The notes under the pieces are model-generated. The model searched no databases, had not been told where the DNA came from, and worked only from the letters and a program-made list of their open reading frames with translations. From assembly GCA_048270185.1 (NCBI GenBank), contig JBLWTJ010000003.1:32001-96000 (forward strand): a DNA stretch of 64,000 nt, given 5' to 3'. Below are positions 19,579 to 28,513 of this stretch, piece by piece. Both the position numbers and the translations under genes were made by a program. Each line of letters opens with the position of its first letter. The stretch's first letter is position 1. Origin of the DNA: Bacteriovoracaceae bacterium (GTDB lineage: Bacteria > Bdellovibrionota > Bacteriovoracia > Bacteriovoracales > Bacteriovoracaceae).

Positions 19579-20865
19579 TTGAATCGTAACTTCAAACTTA
19601 TATTAATACCTATTCTTATCTTCTCATTTATTGAGATCAGTAGCTTCTTTTTAAGAAGCGGTAACCAAAATGAATATGAATCTCGTTATTCAAATACTCA
19701 AATTGATCATTCAAAAATAAGAATAGTTTGTATTGGAGAGTCCACAACTGATGGTGCATATCCTCGTTTTCTACAAACTGCACTTGATAAGAAGTGGCCA
19801 GGAAAGTATCAGGTTTTCGATTTTGGTAAGACAAGCGTAACAACTTTCTACTTTAAGGAAAATATTGATCGTATCTTAAAACTTACGAGGCCACATTATG
19901 TTATTTCCATGTTGGGAATTAATGATACCTTTGAGTTATCTCGAAATAATGATCAGAACAATTCTTGGTATTCGAAACTTTTAACATATCGGATTTTTCT
20001 TTTAATAAAAGATCTCAGTAATAACGATCTTGAAGAGCAGGCAATTCGTCTTCTTTCTGTTGGTAGGGAAGGAGAAGCATTAAGATTAATCGCCATCAAA
20101 AAGTTATTTACCTCTAAACTTAAGCAAAATACTTATAGTACGCTAATTGATTACTATAGCAATGTTAGAAAAGATCTCACGAAGGCACTCGAACTTTCGA
20201 ACGAGGCATACGATTACTATCAAAATGATAATATAAGAATGGACCGCCTTTGGGTTTTACTAGACTTAAAAGATGAGCAAGCAGTCAAGGCCGAATTAGA
20301 TTATTTCAAAATGGCCTCGAATGACTTTAATGATGATCTTGGTGTATTTTATTCACAAGGCCTAGAGAATAATGATGAAGCTTTTGCTTATTTTGAAAAG
20401 GCCAGTAAAACAAACTCTCTTGATCACCAATCAAAAAGTCTATACGCAAGATTGCTAATTAAAAAGGGGATGATTAAAGAGGCCAATGAAATTCTAGCAT
20501 ATGAAGGGTATGTAAACCCTATTATGAGTATCGAAGAATCACGCTTTACTAATTATACTCAGAGTAATCTAAAGAGTATTTATGAAAGAATTTTAGATTC
20601 TGGTAGTAAGCTTTATCTTTTAAATTATCCTCTTAGGCCGATTGCTCCTCAAGTTCACCTGTTTAAGGACTTAGAAATCACAGGCTATATTGAAAATATT
20701 AACAACTTTAATTTGTTAATTAAACAAAGGGGAAGGGATAATATCTTCACTGATTATTTTGCTGGTGATTTTGGACACGTCGGTGATTTAGGAAATCAAG
20801 CAATTGTTGAACAAATTATGAAAGCACTTTTTACGAAGACAAAGGAATCAAATGTCACATTTTAA
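19579..20865 (+). CDS. SGNH/GDSL hydrolase-like protein with TPR-like insertion
   Basis: N-terminal TM, IGESTT, MLGIND, C-terminal DFGH; helical repeat-like middle. Confidence 0.65.
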   Translation: MNRNFKLILIPILIFSFIEISSFFLRSGNQNEYESRYSNTQIDHSKIRIVCIGESTTDGAYPRFLQTALDKKWPGKYQVFDFGKTSVTTFYFKENIDRILKLTRPHYVISMLGINDTFELSRNNDQNNSWYSKLLTYRIFLLIKDLSNNDLEEQAIRLLSVGREGEALRLIAIKKLFTSKLKQNTYSTLIDYYSNVRKDLTKALELSNEAYDYYQNDNIRMDRLWVLLDLKDEQAVKAELDYFKMASNDFNDDLGVFYSQGLENNDEAFAYFEKASKTNSLDHQSKSLYARLLIKKGMIKEANEILAYEGYVNPIMSIEESRFTNYTQSNLKSIYERILDSGSKLYLLNYPLRPIAPQVHLFKDLEITGYIENINNFNLLIKQRGRDNIFTDYFAGDFGHVGDLGNQAIVEQIMKALFTKTKESNVTF

Positions 20866-21451
20866 TAATGCTGCAAATACATGGGATAGTCCCGATAAAA
20901 TTAAATCAATGAGTATTCTTGCTCAGGATATGATTGAAAGAATAGGGCTTAAATTAAATGAAGAATTAGATATTCTTGATTTTGGGTGTGGAACAGGTTT
21001 ATTGGGCCTTGAGTTTATACAATATGCAAAGACAATTACTGGTGTTGATACTTCGGAAGGTATGCTTGATGTATTTAATAAGAAAGTAATTGATCATGAT
21101 CATATAAACTCTCTTAGGATTGATTTAGAATTAACTGAGTTGAATAAAACTTTTGATCTTGTGGTTAGTGCTATGGCATTTCATCATTTAACAAGTCCAG
21201 ATAAGGTGCTTTTAAAACTTTCAAAGATGTTAAATGAAGGTGGGCGTATTGCTATTGTTGATCTCGAAACAGAAGATGGAAGTTTTCATCCAAGGCCAAT
21301 GGAAATGGGTGTAAAACATTTTGGATTTTCAAAGCAAGAGCTTGAGAGTTGGGCAAAGGAAGCTGGATTAAAAGTTGATGTTAGTCGAATTGCAACGAAA
21401 CAAAAGAACGATCGCGATTATCATCAGTTTCTTGCGGTTTTTACAAAATAG
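20852..21451 (+). CDS. class I SAM-dependent methyltransferase
   Basis: LDFGCGTG, GVDTSEGM, FDLVVSAMAFHH. Confidence 0.9.
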   Translation: MSHFNNAANTWDSPDKIKSMSILAQDMIERIGLKLNEELDILDFGCGTGLLGLEFIQYAKTITGVDTSEGMLDVFNKKVIDHDHINSLRIDLELTELNKTFDLVVSAMAFHHLTSPDKVLLKLSKMLNEGGRIAIVDLETEDGSFHPRPMEMGVKHFGFSKQELESWAKEAGLKVDVSRIATKQKNDRDYHQFLAVFTK

Positions 21452-21466
21452 AGAAGAGCGGTATTT

Positions 21467-22297
21467 ATGAAAATTGGAATTATTGGTGGAAGTGGGCTTT
21501 ATGACCTGGCCTTATTTGAAAGTGTTGAATCGTTAGATATGATTACGCCTTTTGGTAGACCAAGTAGTAATGTTGAACATTTAAAATTTAATGAGACATC
21601 TTTCTACTTTATTCCAAGACATGGTGTTGGCCATCGTATTAATCCATCAGAGATTAACTACCGAGCGAATATTTACGCCTTAAAAGAATTAGGTGTTACC
21701 CATATTATTTCAATTTCTGCTGTAGGGTCTTTAAAAGAAGAAGTAGCTCCAGGGGATTTCTTTATTCCTGATCAATTCATTGATTGGACAAAGGGCCTGC
21801 GTTCTCGCAGTTTCTTTGAAGATGGTGTTGTTGGACATGTTTCTGTGGCCGATCCGATTGAAATGAATTTAGTTAGGCGAATTAAAGAACTAGAGGCAAG
21901 TGTAAGCACTAAGTTTCATTTTGGTGGAAGTTATATTTGTATTGAGGGGCCACAATACTCAACACGTGCTGAATCTCATTTGTATCGATCTTTCGGTGCA
22001 AGTATTATTGGGATGACAAATGTTCCAGAGAGTTTCTTGGCGAAAGAGGCGGGGATAGCATATGCAACAATTGCGCTTGTGACTGATTACGATGGTTGGA
22101 AGGATGAAGTCTGCTCATTAGAAGAGATAACAAATGTTATTGATAATAATATTGCAAATGTGAAAGAATTTTTAACGATATTAATTCCTAGTCTCGCTCA
22201 AAGTCCTGTTGAATTCGATAAGGCCAATAGTAATGCTATTGTAACTCAGGGGAATCTTTCTAAAAAACAGCAGGATACTTTAAAAGTTCTATTGTAA
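21467..22297 (+). CDS. mtnP: S-methyl-5'-thioadenosine phosphorylase
   Basis: IGIIGGSG, RHG, NYRANI, SAVGSL, EGPQYSTRAES, GMT, VTDYD. Confidence 0.9.
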   Translation: MKIGIIGGSGLYDLALFESVESLDMITPFGRPSSNVEHLKFNETSFYFIPRHGVGHRINPSEINYRANIYALKELGVTHIISISAVGSLKEEVAPGDFFIPDQFIDWTKGLRSRSFFEDGVVGHVSVADPIEMNLVRRIKELEASVSTKFHFGGSYICIEGPQYSTRAESHLYRSFGASIIGMTNVPESFLAKEAGIAYATIALVTDYDGWKDEVCSLEEITNVIDNNIANVKEFLTILIPSLAQSPVEFDKANSNAIVTQGNLSKKQQDTLKVLL

Positions 22298-22333
22298 CTT
22301 GGCACTTTGTATTTTTAGAAATATAAGTTTGCT

Positions 22334-22903
22334 ATGGTAAATTATTTTGAAGTTATTATTGTAGGACTTGTTCTTTGTGCTGATTCATTTTCTGCCGCTG
22401 TTGCAATGGGGGCCAGGCCACATAAATTTAGTGATTCTTTAAAGTTTGCTTTTTCTTCAGGTGGAGCTGAGGCATTTGTTGCTTTCTTAGGTGCTATTGC
22501 AGGGGCCAAGATTATTGCTCAATTTGATTATATTGATCATTGGATTTCATTTGCTCTCTTAACTGGAGTTGCCATTCATATGGCATGGGAAGGTTATGAA
22601 GAACTTAGCGGTAAGCATGATTGTGAAGAAGAAGCACCAAAACAATTTCATTCATTTTTTAAAGTAATTCTCGTTTCATTTGCAACAAGTCTTGATGCCT
22701 TTGCCGTGGGTGTAACAATTGGTGCCTCTGGTAAAGTCCTAGGTCCTTATATTGCTTCTATTGGAAGTTGGGCATTTTGTTCAACAATCATTGGAATGAG
22801 TATTGCAAAGCGCGCCTCAGACAAATTGGGCCCAATATTCAGCTTAATTGCTGCAAGTATTTTACAAATTCTTGCAATTAAATTTCTCGTTGAAGGCCTG
22901 TAA
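22334..22903 (+). CDS. mntP: MntP-family manganese efflux pump
   Basis: ADSFSAA, DHWISF.LL, ATSLDAFAVG; multiple TM helices. Confidence 0.8.
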   Translation: MVNYFEVIIVGLVLCADSFSAAVAMGARPHKFSDSLKFAFSSGGAEAFVAFLGAIAGAKIIAQFDYIDHWISFALLTGVAIHMAWEGYEELSGKHDCEEEAPKQFHSFFKVILVSFATSLDAFAVGVTIGASGKVLGPYIASIGSWAFCSTIIGMSIAKRASDKLGPIFSLIAASILQILAIKFLVEGL

Positions 22904-22977
22904 GCTCTTTTGGCTACTCAAATTGGCAAATTACATCGAATTGATTACAATTTTAGAAAAAGAAAATAGGTGTATAT

Positions 22978-23604
22978 ATGGATATTCAAAAGATTATTGA
23001 AAATAATAAGGAATGGATTAAGACAAAGCTTGGTGAAGATGCTGACTTCTTTAACAAGTTAGGTGCTGGTCAAAATCCAAATATTCTCTATATTGGCTGT
23101 TCCGACTCTCGTGTCACAGCAGAAGAGATGATGGGAGCTGGCCCTGGGGAAATGTTTGTTCACCGAAATATTGCCAATATGGTTATTAGTAATGACTTAA
23201 GTGCCATGGGTGTAATTAACTATGCTGTAAGCCACTTAAAAGTTGATCACATAATTGTATGTGGACATTATGGGTGTGGTGGAATTAAGGCCGCAATGGA
23301 AAGCCAAGACCTTGGTATTTTAAATCCATGGCTTAGAAATATTCGTGATGTGTATCGTCTACATAAGAATACTCTTAATGCAATTGAAGATGAGCAAGAA
23401 CGCTATAAGAAACTTGTTGAGCTAAACGTTCAAGAACAGTGTATCAATACAATTAAGACGGCCGATGTTCAAAGAGCAAACCGAGAAAGAGGTTTACGAG
23501 TATATGGTTGGGTATTTGACGTAAAAACAGGTGTTTTAAAGGACCTAAGTATCGATTTTGATAAGGCCCTTGAGAATATCATGGAAATTTATCACCTCGA
23601 CTAG
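22978..23604 (+). CDS. can: beta-class carbonic anhydrase
   Basis: GCSDSRV, HRNIAN, CGHYGCGG. Confidence 0.93.
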   Translation: MDIQKIIENNKEWIKTKLGEDADFFNKLGAGQNPNILYIGCSDSRVTAEEMMGAGPGEMFVHRNIANMVISNDLSAMGVINYAVSHLKVDHIIVCGHYGCGGIKAAMESQDLGILNPWLRNIRDVYRLHKNTLNAIEDEQERYKKLVELNVQEQCINTIKTADVQRANRERGLRVYGWVFDVKTGVLKDLSIDFDKALENIMEIYHLD

Positions 23605-23650
23605 TGTCAGAAGACTGACTTTTTCTTACATTAGCTAATCTAAACGGTTA

Positions 23651-23720
23651 AACTTTCAGACTAAATTTATTTTCTCCTCATTATTAGATATAAGGAGAAA
23701 TTATTATTAGTCTGAAGGTT
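23651..23720. repeat. 70-nt imperfect inverted repeat immediately before the ATG at 23723
   Basis: AACTTTCAGACTAA/TTAGTCTGAAGGTT outer arms and TTTCTCCT/AGGAGAAA inner arms. Confidence 0.75.
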
Positions 23721-23722
23721 AT

Positions 23723-24496
23723 ATGAAAAATCAATTAGTTAAGTCGTTTACCTGCCTGTCTATGACATGTGCTTCACTGCAGTCGCTTGCATTAGAACCA
23801 AAAGTGACCATCGGCTTTGGTGAGTACAATATTTCAACTGTCTGCTTTGATAGTGGAATAATTCGCTTAAAGAATAATTTCTTAATTAATAGGCCAGTAG
23901 TCGAGACGATTAAGTTTAAGCTTGAAAACGGTGAGACTTTCTATAAGACAGATTTCACAAGTCAAAAGATTCGTTTCTATAATCGAGAAACAAAGAATTA
24001 TGAAAACCACTTCATCGCTGAATGCTCAGATCAATTAGTATCAGAATTTATTTCTAAACCAATTGTCAAAGAAGTTGAGCCAAGTACAGCTCAAGCAGTT
24101 ATTTATGGAAACCTACTCAATAATAATATTAATGATATTTTCCAAGTAGAGTGGAAGCGTTATGGAAGTATGGATAATTATATTCGCTATCATGGTGAAG
24201 AAGATCGTCTATATATGTCCAAAGATTTTAGCGTTAAAAGCTCTGATGTTGATTGGAGTCGATACGATCATTGGAGAGACTTTTCAACGATCTATCGCGG
24301 TGGAGATCGCTCTGGTGGTGGCTCTGATGATATTACTATTAGTTTTAAATTCGACTATGAGAGTCTTGGTCGCTTATCGAAGAAGAATAATAAAATTAAT
24401 GAGTGGTTTGGATTCACGAATACTTATGAGCGAGTAATCTTTGAGAGGAAATCCCTTCCAAAGAGCTTAATGTTTATTAAGGATACGCCTAAGTAA
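23723..24496 (+). CDS. secreted hypothetical protein
   Basis: 257-aa ORF with signal-like N-terminus (SLA); stop overlaps the next start. Confidence 0.7.
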   Translation: MKNQLVKSFTCLSMTCASLQSLALEPKVTIGFGEYNISTVCFDSGIIRLKNNFLINRPVVETIKFKLENGETFYKTDFTSQKIRFYNRETKNYENHFIAECSDQLVSEFISKPIVKEVEPSTAQAVIYGNLLNNNINDIFQVEWKRYGSMDNYIRYHGEEDRLYMSKDFSVKSSDVDWSRYDHWRDFSTIYRGGDRSGGGSDDITISFKFDYESLGRLSKKNNKINEWFGFTNTYERVIFERKSLPKSLMFIKDTPK

Positions 24497-25230
24497 TGAA
24501 TGCTGTAAGTGAATTATCCACACTTATTCATGACTATCTTGCGAGTCACTCGAACTTGAGTACCAATGCTATCGCAAGGTATTCTGGAGTTGCTGAGACG
24601 ACTCTTAGGCGTATTAAAAATGGTGATTTGAAGAGATTGCCAAGTAACGATAATATACTCAAGATTCTTTTCTATCTTTATAAGAGTCGTGACCTAGGGG
24701 AGATCTCTGAGAAAGTACCAGAGGCATTAGGTGAGCACTTAAAGAAAGAATACCAGCAAGTTTTAACTAGTCAGCAGGAAGTAAGTTTTCTGGATGAAAG
24801 TATTATTCAGAATGAAGTTGATTATCTCATCTTAATTCTAGCTTCTAATACAAGTGGTGTTCATAAGGATGAGATTACACGTCAATTTGGTTTACTTGGT
24901 CATAGTCAAGCTAATACATTAATCGAGAAAGAGATTATTAAACGTGAGGGAGACTATTACAAAAGTTGTATTCAGAGCTTTCGTGTCAGTGACTCTCTCT
25001 TTGTTAAGAACTTTAAGGCCATGGCCAATTACATCAAAGTGGATCGAGAGAAAAGAGAACACTCAAACCTTTATTATAATCTTAGTGAATCATTAAATGT
25101 GGATGCTTATCAGAAAGTGCGTTCAATTCAAATTGAAGCTTCTAAGCAGATCATTGAAATACTAAATGATAGTCGTAATCACGGTGATATTCCAATGTTT
25201 AATTTAATTGCAGTTGATACTGTGATGTAA
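24496..25230 (+). CDS. HTH-domain protein, DUF4423/TIGR02147-like putative regulator
   Basis: N-terminal LSTNAIARYSGVAETTLRRIKNG helix-turn-helix; C-terminal SLN..AY...I winged-helix-like region. Confidence 0.6.
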   Translation: MNAVSELSTLIHDYLASHSNLSTNAIARYSGVAETTLRRIKNGDLKRLPSNDNILKILFYLYKSRDLGEISEKVPEALGEHLKKEYQQVLTSQQEVSFLDESIIQNEVDYLILILASNTSGVHKDEITRQFGLLGHSQANTLIEKEIIKREGDYYKSCIQSFRVSDSLFVKNFKAMANYIKVDREKREHSNLYYNLSESLNVDAYQKVRSIQIEASKQIIEILNDSRNHGDIPMFNLIAVDTVM

Positions 25231-25262
25231 AAAAAATCGCACTAGATATAATCTAGCGCGAC
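25229..25262 (-). terminator. rho-independent terminator of the 25294-25788 gene
   Basis: Minus strand TCGCGCTAGAT-tat-ATCTAGTGCGA then T run. Confidence 0.75.
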
Positions 25263-25293
25263 TTTCTTAAGGGAGAGGGGATTAATAATTCTC

Positions 25294-25788
25294 TTATAGA
25301 CACTTAGGGATTGTATAAAGAGAAGATTCAAGTACTTCTTCAACAACACGTGAATCTCTATTAATTCCACCTCTAGTATTCATGCGTACTTTTTGAATTT
25401 CATATGTAAGAGGTCTAACTTTTGAACCGTGTCCAATTTTGATACATCCGTATTCACCATCGTGGTCACGTCCAAATTCGGCACAATAAGAGTAGTTCTT
25501 TGTTGCTGCTGCAAATAGGTCTAGGTCACCGTGTCTTAGACATCCATTTTTAGCATCTCTGTACTCATGTGCACTTCTAAATTTACGTGCATATTTCACA
25601 CAACGATTTTGAGCTGGAACGATTGTTTTGAAACTTCCATCTTCAGTTTGGCAAATATTTGTTACTTCTACACTTTGAAATTCAAATCCATTTTCCATAA
25701 GCATTGATGGAGTAAGAGTTGTTACATAAGTGTAAGCCGAAGCTGAAAAAGTTACGAATGATAGTGTAAGTGCAATTAGTTTTTTCAT
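25294..25788 (-). CDS. secreted cysteine-containing hypothetical protein
   Basis: AGGAG RBS, MKKLIAL...ASA signal peptide, 6 Cys. Confidence 0.8.
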   Translation of the reverse strand: MKKLIALTLSFVTFSASAYTYVTTLTPSMLMENGFEFQSVEVTNICQTEDGSFKTIVPAQNRCVKYARKFRSAHEYRDAKNGCLRHGDLDLFAAATKNYSYCAEFGRDHDGEYGCIKIGHGSKVRPLTYEIQKVRMNTRGGINRDSRVVEEVLESSLYTIPKCL

Positions 25789-25974
25789 TTTAATTCTCCT
25801 TAAAAAAATATGTTTTGTTGAAGCTGTTTTATGGAGACTTATTCAAAAGATCAATAGCGCAATTGCTATAAGTGTCTGTTATCACGCCGCTTTTTAGGAG
25901 TGGCGAAAATGAAGATCTTAAGCTTTTAGAAATTGATTGAAGAATTCGCCACATAAATAAAATGGCGAAGCTAG

Positions 25975-26014
25975 AATAAAAAAAGACCAAGATAAATTCT
26001 TGGTCTTCTTTTTT
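25975..26014 (-). terminator. rho-independent terminator (likely bidirectional)
   Basis: AAGACCAAGA-taaat-TCTTGGTCTT flanked by A and T runs. Confidence 0.8.
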
Positions 26015-26042
26015 CTTTATAAATTTTTATTTTAATTTTTGA

Positions 26043-26228
26043 TTATGAACCACAACCGATACAATCAACGAAACTATCAACAGGCTTAACTCCATTTAAT
26101 TTCATTTTAATATTGTGGATTTGACCTCTTATATCCATGTCATCCATCATATTACCTGTCAGTTGAGACTCTAGCGCTTCAATTTGCCCAAGTAACTCGT
26201 TCTTTTTTTCCTCTGTTAAATGTGTCAT
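26043..26228 (-). CDS. small helical protein with C-terminal CxxCGS
   Basis: AGGAG RBS, 61 aa, ends DCIGCGS, downstream terminator. Confidence 0.75.
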   Translation of the reverse strand: MTHLTEEKKNELLGQIEALESQLTGNMMDDMDIRGQIHNIKMKLNGVKPVDSFVDCIGCGS

Positions 26229-26476
26229 TTATTCTCCTGTGTGTTGTGTGTAGGTGTTTTAAAATTATGGCCCTAGTCAAAAATATTTGCAACTGACTTT
26301 ACCTTTCAAATGCCTCGCATAGACTAGATCATGTAAAGAGAGATGGTCATTCAATAGGTGACTCAAACATTATCTCTTGATTTCTACTGATAAAATTTAA
26401 CAAATCTTATGTGCTATTAAATGGTCCCCCATATTAAGATACTTCTCATATAGTAATAATCAATAAGGAGATTAAT

Positions 26477-27334
26477 ATGATTGCATTAACTGGTGCCTCT
26501 GGGCAGCTTGGACACTTGGTCATTGAAGAATTAGTAAATGAAGGTATTCCATTAAATGAAATTATGGCAGTGGCCCGCTCAACTGATAAATTGGCCAATT
26601 TACAAGAGAAAGGACTCAATGTTCGCTACGCAGATTATGAGAAGCCAGAAACAATTAAGAAGGCCTTAAATGGGGCCACAAGACTTCTTCTTATTTCTGC
26701 TTCGGAAGTAGGTAAACGATTTAAACAACATAAGAATGTCATTGATATGGCCAAGGAGTCGACGGTTGAGTTTATAGCGTATACAAGTATTCTTAAGGCC
26801 GACTCGTCACCGCTATCACTTGCTAAAGAGCACCGAGAAACTGAAGATTATTTAAAGTCAGCTTCGATTCCCTATACTTTTCTTCGTAACGGTTGGTATT
26901 CTGAGAATTACACTCAATTCATTGGTGCCGCCCTTGAATTTGGTCATGTCTCTGGTTGTGCTGGTGACGCTAAATTCTCTTGTGCCGAAAGAAGAGATTA
27001 TGCACTGGCCGCAGCAAAGGTCTTAGCATCAAAAAACCATGCAGGAAAAACATATGAATTAGCTGGAGATACAGCATTCAAGCTGTCTGATTTTGCAAAG
27101 ATGATTTCAGAGCAAGCCGGAAGAAATATTTCTTATGAAAATATATCTCAGGATGAGTTCGCTGCCCTTATGCAAAAGGCAGGTCTTCCTCCTTTACTAG
27201 CAAAGGCGTTGGCCGATGCTGAAAGAGGGGCTTCTAAAGGAGCTCTCTTTGATGACTCTAAGCAATTATCAAGTCTTATCGGTCGTCCAACGACTCCAAT
27301 ACTTGAGTCGATTAAAAAATTTTTACCAAAGTAA
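26477..27334 (+). CDS. NAD(P)H:quinone oxidoreductase, QorB/YtfG-like (NmrA/SDR)
   Basis: TGASGQLG, LLISASEVGKR..QH.NVI, AYTS, LRNGWY.EN. Confidence 0.85.
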   Translation: MIALTGASGQLGHLVIEELVNEGIPLNEIMAVARSTDKLANLQEKGLNVRYADYEKPETIKKALNGATRLLLISASEVGKRFKQHKNVIDMAKESTVEFIAYTSILKADSSPLSLAKEHRETEDYLKSASIPYTFLRNGWYSENYTQFIGAALEFGHVSGCAGDAKFSCAERRDYALAAAKVLASKNHAGKTYELAGDTAFKLSDFAKMISEQAGRNISYENISQDEFAALMQKAGLPPLLAKALADAERGASKGALFDDSKQLSSLIGRPTTPILESIKKFLPK

Positions 27335-27395
27335 GATAAGTCGCAAGAGTAGTAATAGTGTCCTTAAAGGCTTTTGTTCAGGGCACTATTACATT

Positions 27396-28277
27396 TCATT
27401 GATCTTCGTTAGCGAGTTTAATTTCCCTGAAAAGATCATACATTTTACTATTTGGTCCATAGTCAATTTCTTCAATATCATGAATATGATTGATTAGGTT
27501 TGAAATATTTGTGATTCGCTCAAGGCCCTCTTCACATCGATTGATATAAACTTCAGATGGATTAGTTTTGATCTTCTCAAGAGATAGTTTAGAAATCGTT
27601 AAGGGATTATTTAGCTCATGAGCAAGAGTAATAATCATTTTAGAGATGGTGTCTCTTTTTTGATACTTTCTAGTTTCAATTACTTTTCTCTGTTCAATCT
27701 TTTCTCGATAGAAGTTAACGATTAAGTAGAAGCTTATTGGAATAGCAAAGTTAACAATAAATTGCCATTTTTCACTTAAGTATGGCCTGCCTGCTTCAGC
27801 GAAGAAGTAATTATACAATATTGACGTTGTCGATATTAAGAATCCACCCAGGGCCAATCGAGCTCCGATAGTATGTGATACCACTATATAAACGTAGAAT
27901 AAAGTTGGTAGTAGAACCCATGCATGTGATTCTAAAATAAAAGCTCTGCTGCTTATCTGAACATAGAGAATTAAAAGTAGAATCATATTATAAATTAATT
28001 TAACTCCTTTTAGCCTGTAGAGCATAAAAGAGCTAAATAGTAACAATAAGCATATTACTGAAGTAATTACTGTTGGATCAAATGGACCTAGGTTTGATAA
28101 AAAAATGAATCCAATGATAGCAAAAATAATAGCAAGACAGAAATGTGTGAAGATAATGAGTCAAGCTTCGTAAGTCTTAGTTATGGACTCGATCCCTTCA
28201 TATTTCTCTAGCGATTTAGGATAGAAATAGCTTAGTAAATCAAACTTAATTTGAGATCCCCTGGAAACTTTTTTCAC
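27396..28277 (-). pseudogene. membrane protein with HisKA domain and no ATPase domain, interrupted by an in-frame TGA
   Basis: TLAHELNNPL H-box; frame continues upstream of 28046 through TM-like sequence, broken only by TGA at 28161-28163; start uncertain. Confidence 0.6.
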
Positions 28278-28513
28278 ATACCAATAAATATTATAAGTAA
28301 ATTTATCCTATGGAAATTAGTTATTTAGACAGGGACAGGCCTAGAATTTTGGCAATTCCTAAGAGCTTCTATGGGAGCGAATTCACTTTTTTTCTATAAG
28401 TACTTAGAATTAAAGAGTATCTACTAAGGTAATTCTTTCCATAATTTAGAATATTGATATGCGGTTAACATACTTTATTGTATATCGTTAAATAATTTAA
28501 ATAAGGAACGAGT

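Noticed and set aside
22298..22333. yybP-ykoY manganese riboswitch or sigma54 promoter before mntP
   Set aside because: The gap is only 36 nt, too short for the riboswitch, and TTGGCAC is not followed by TTGC at the required spacing.
26336..26378. Possible structured RNA in the 26229-26476 intergenic region
   Set aside because: Short interrupted stems (AAGAGA/TCTCTT, GTCA/TGAC) with no riboswitch consensus I recognise; compatible with chance.
28161..28163. Selenocysteine or genetic-code reassignment of TGA
   Set aside because: Other genes here end in TGA (e.g. rpoE, the 12901 gene) and use TGG for Trp; the context is not a Cys-type redox site and no SECIS-like hairpin is evident.
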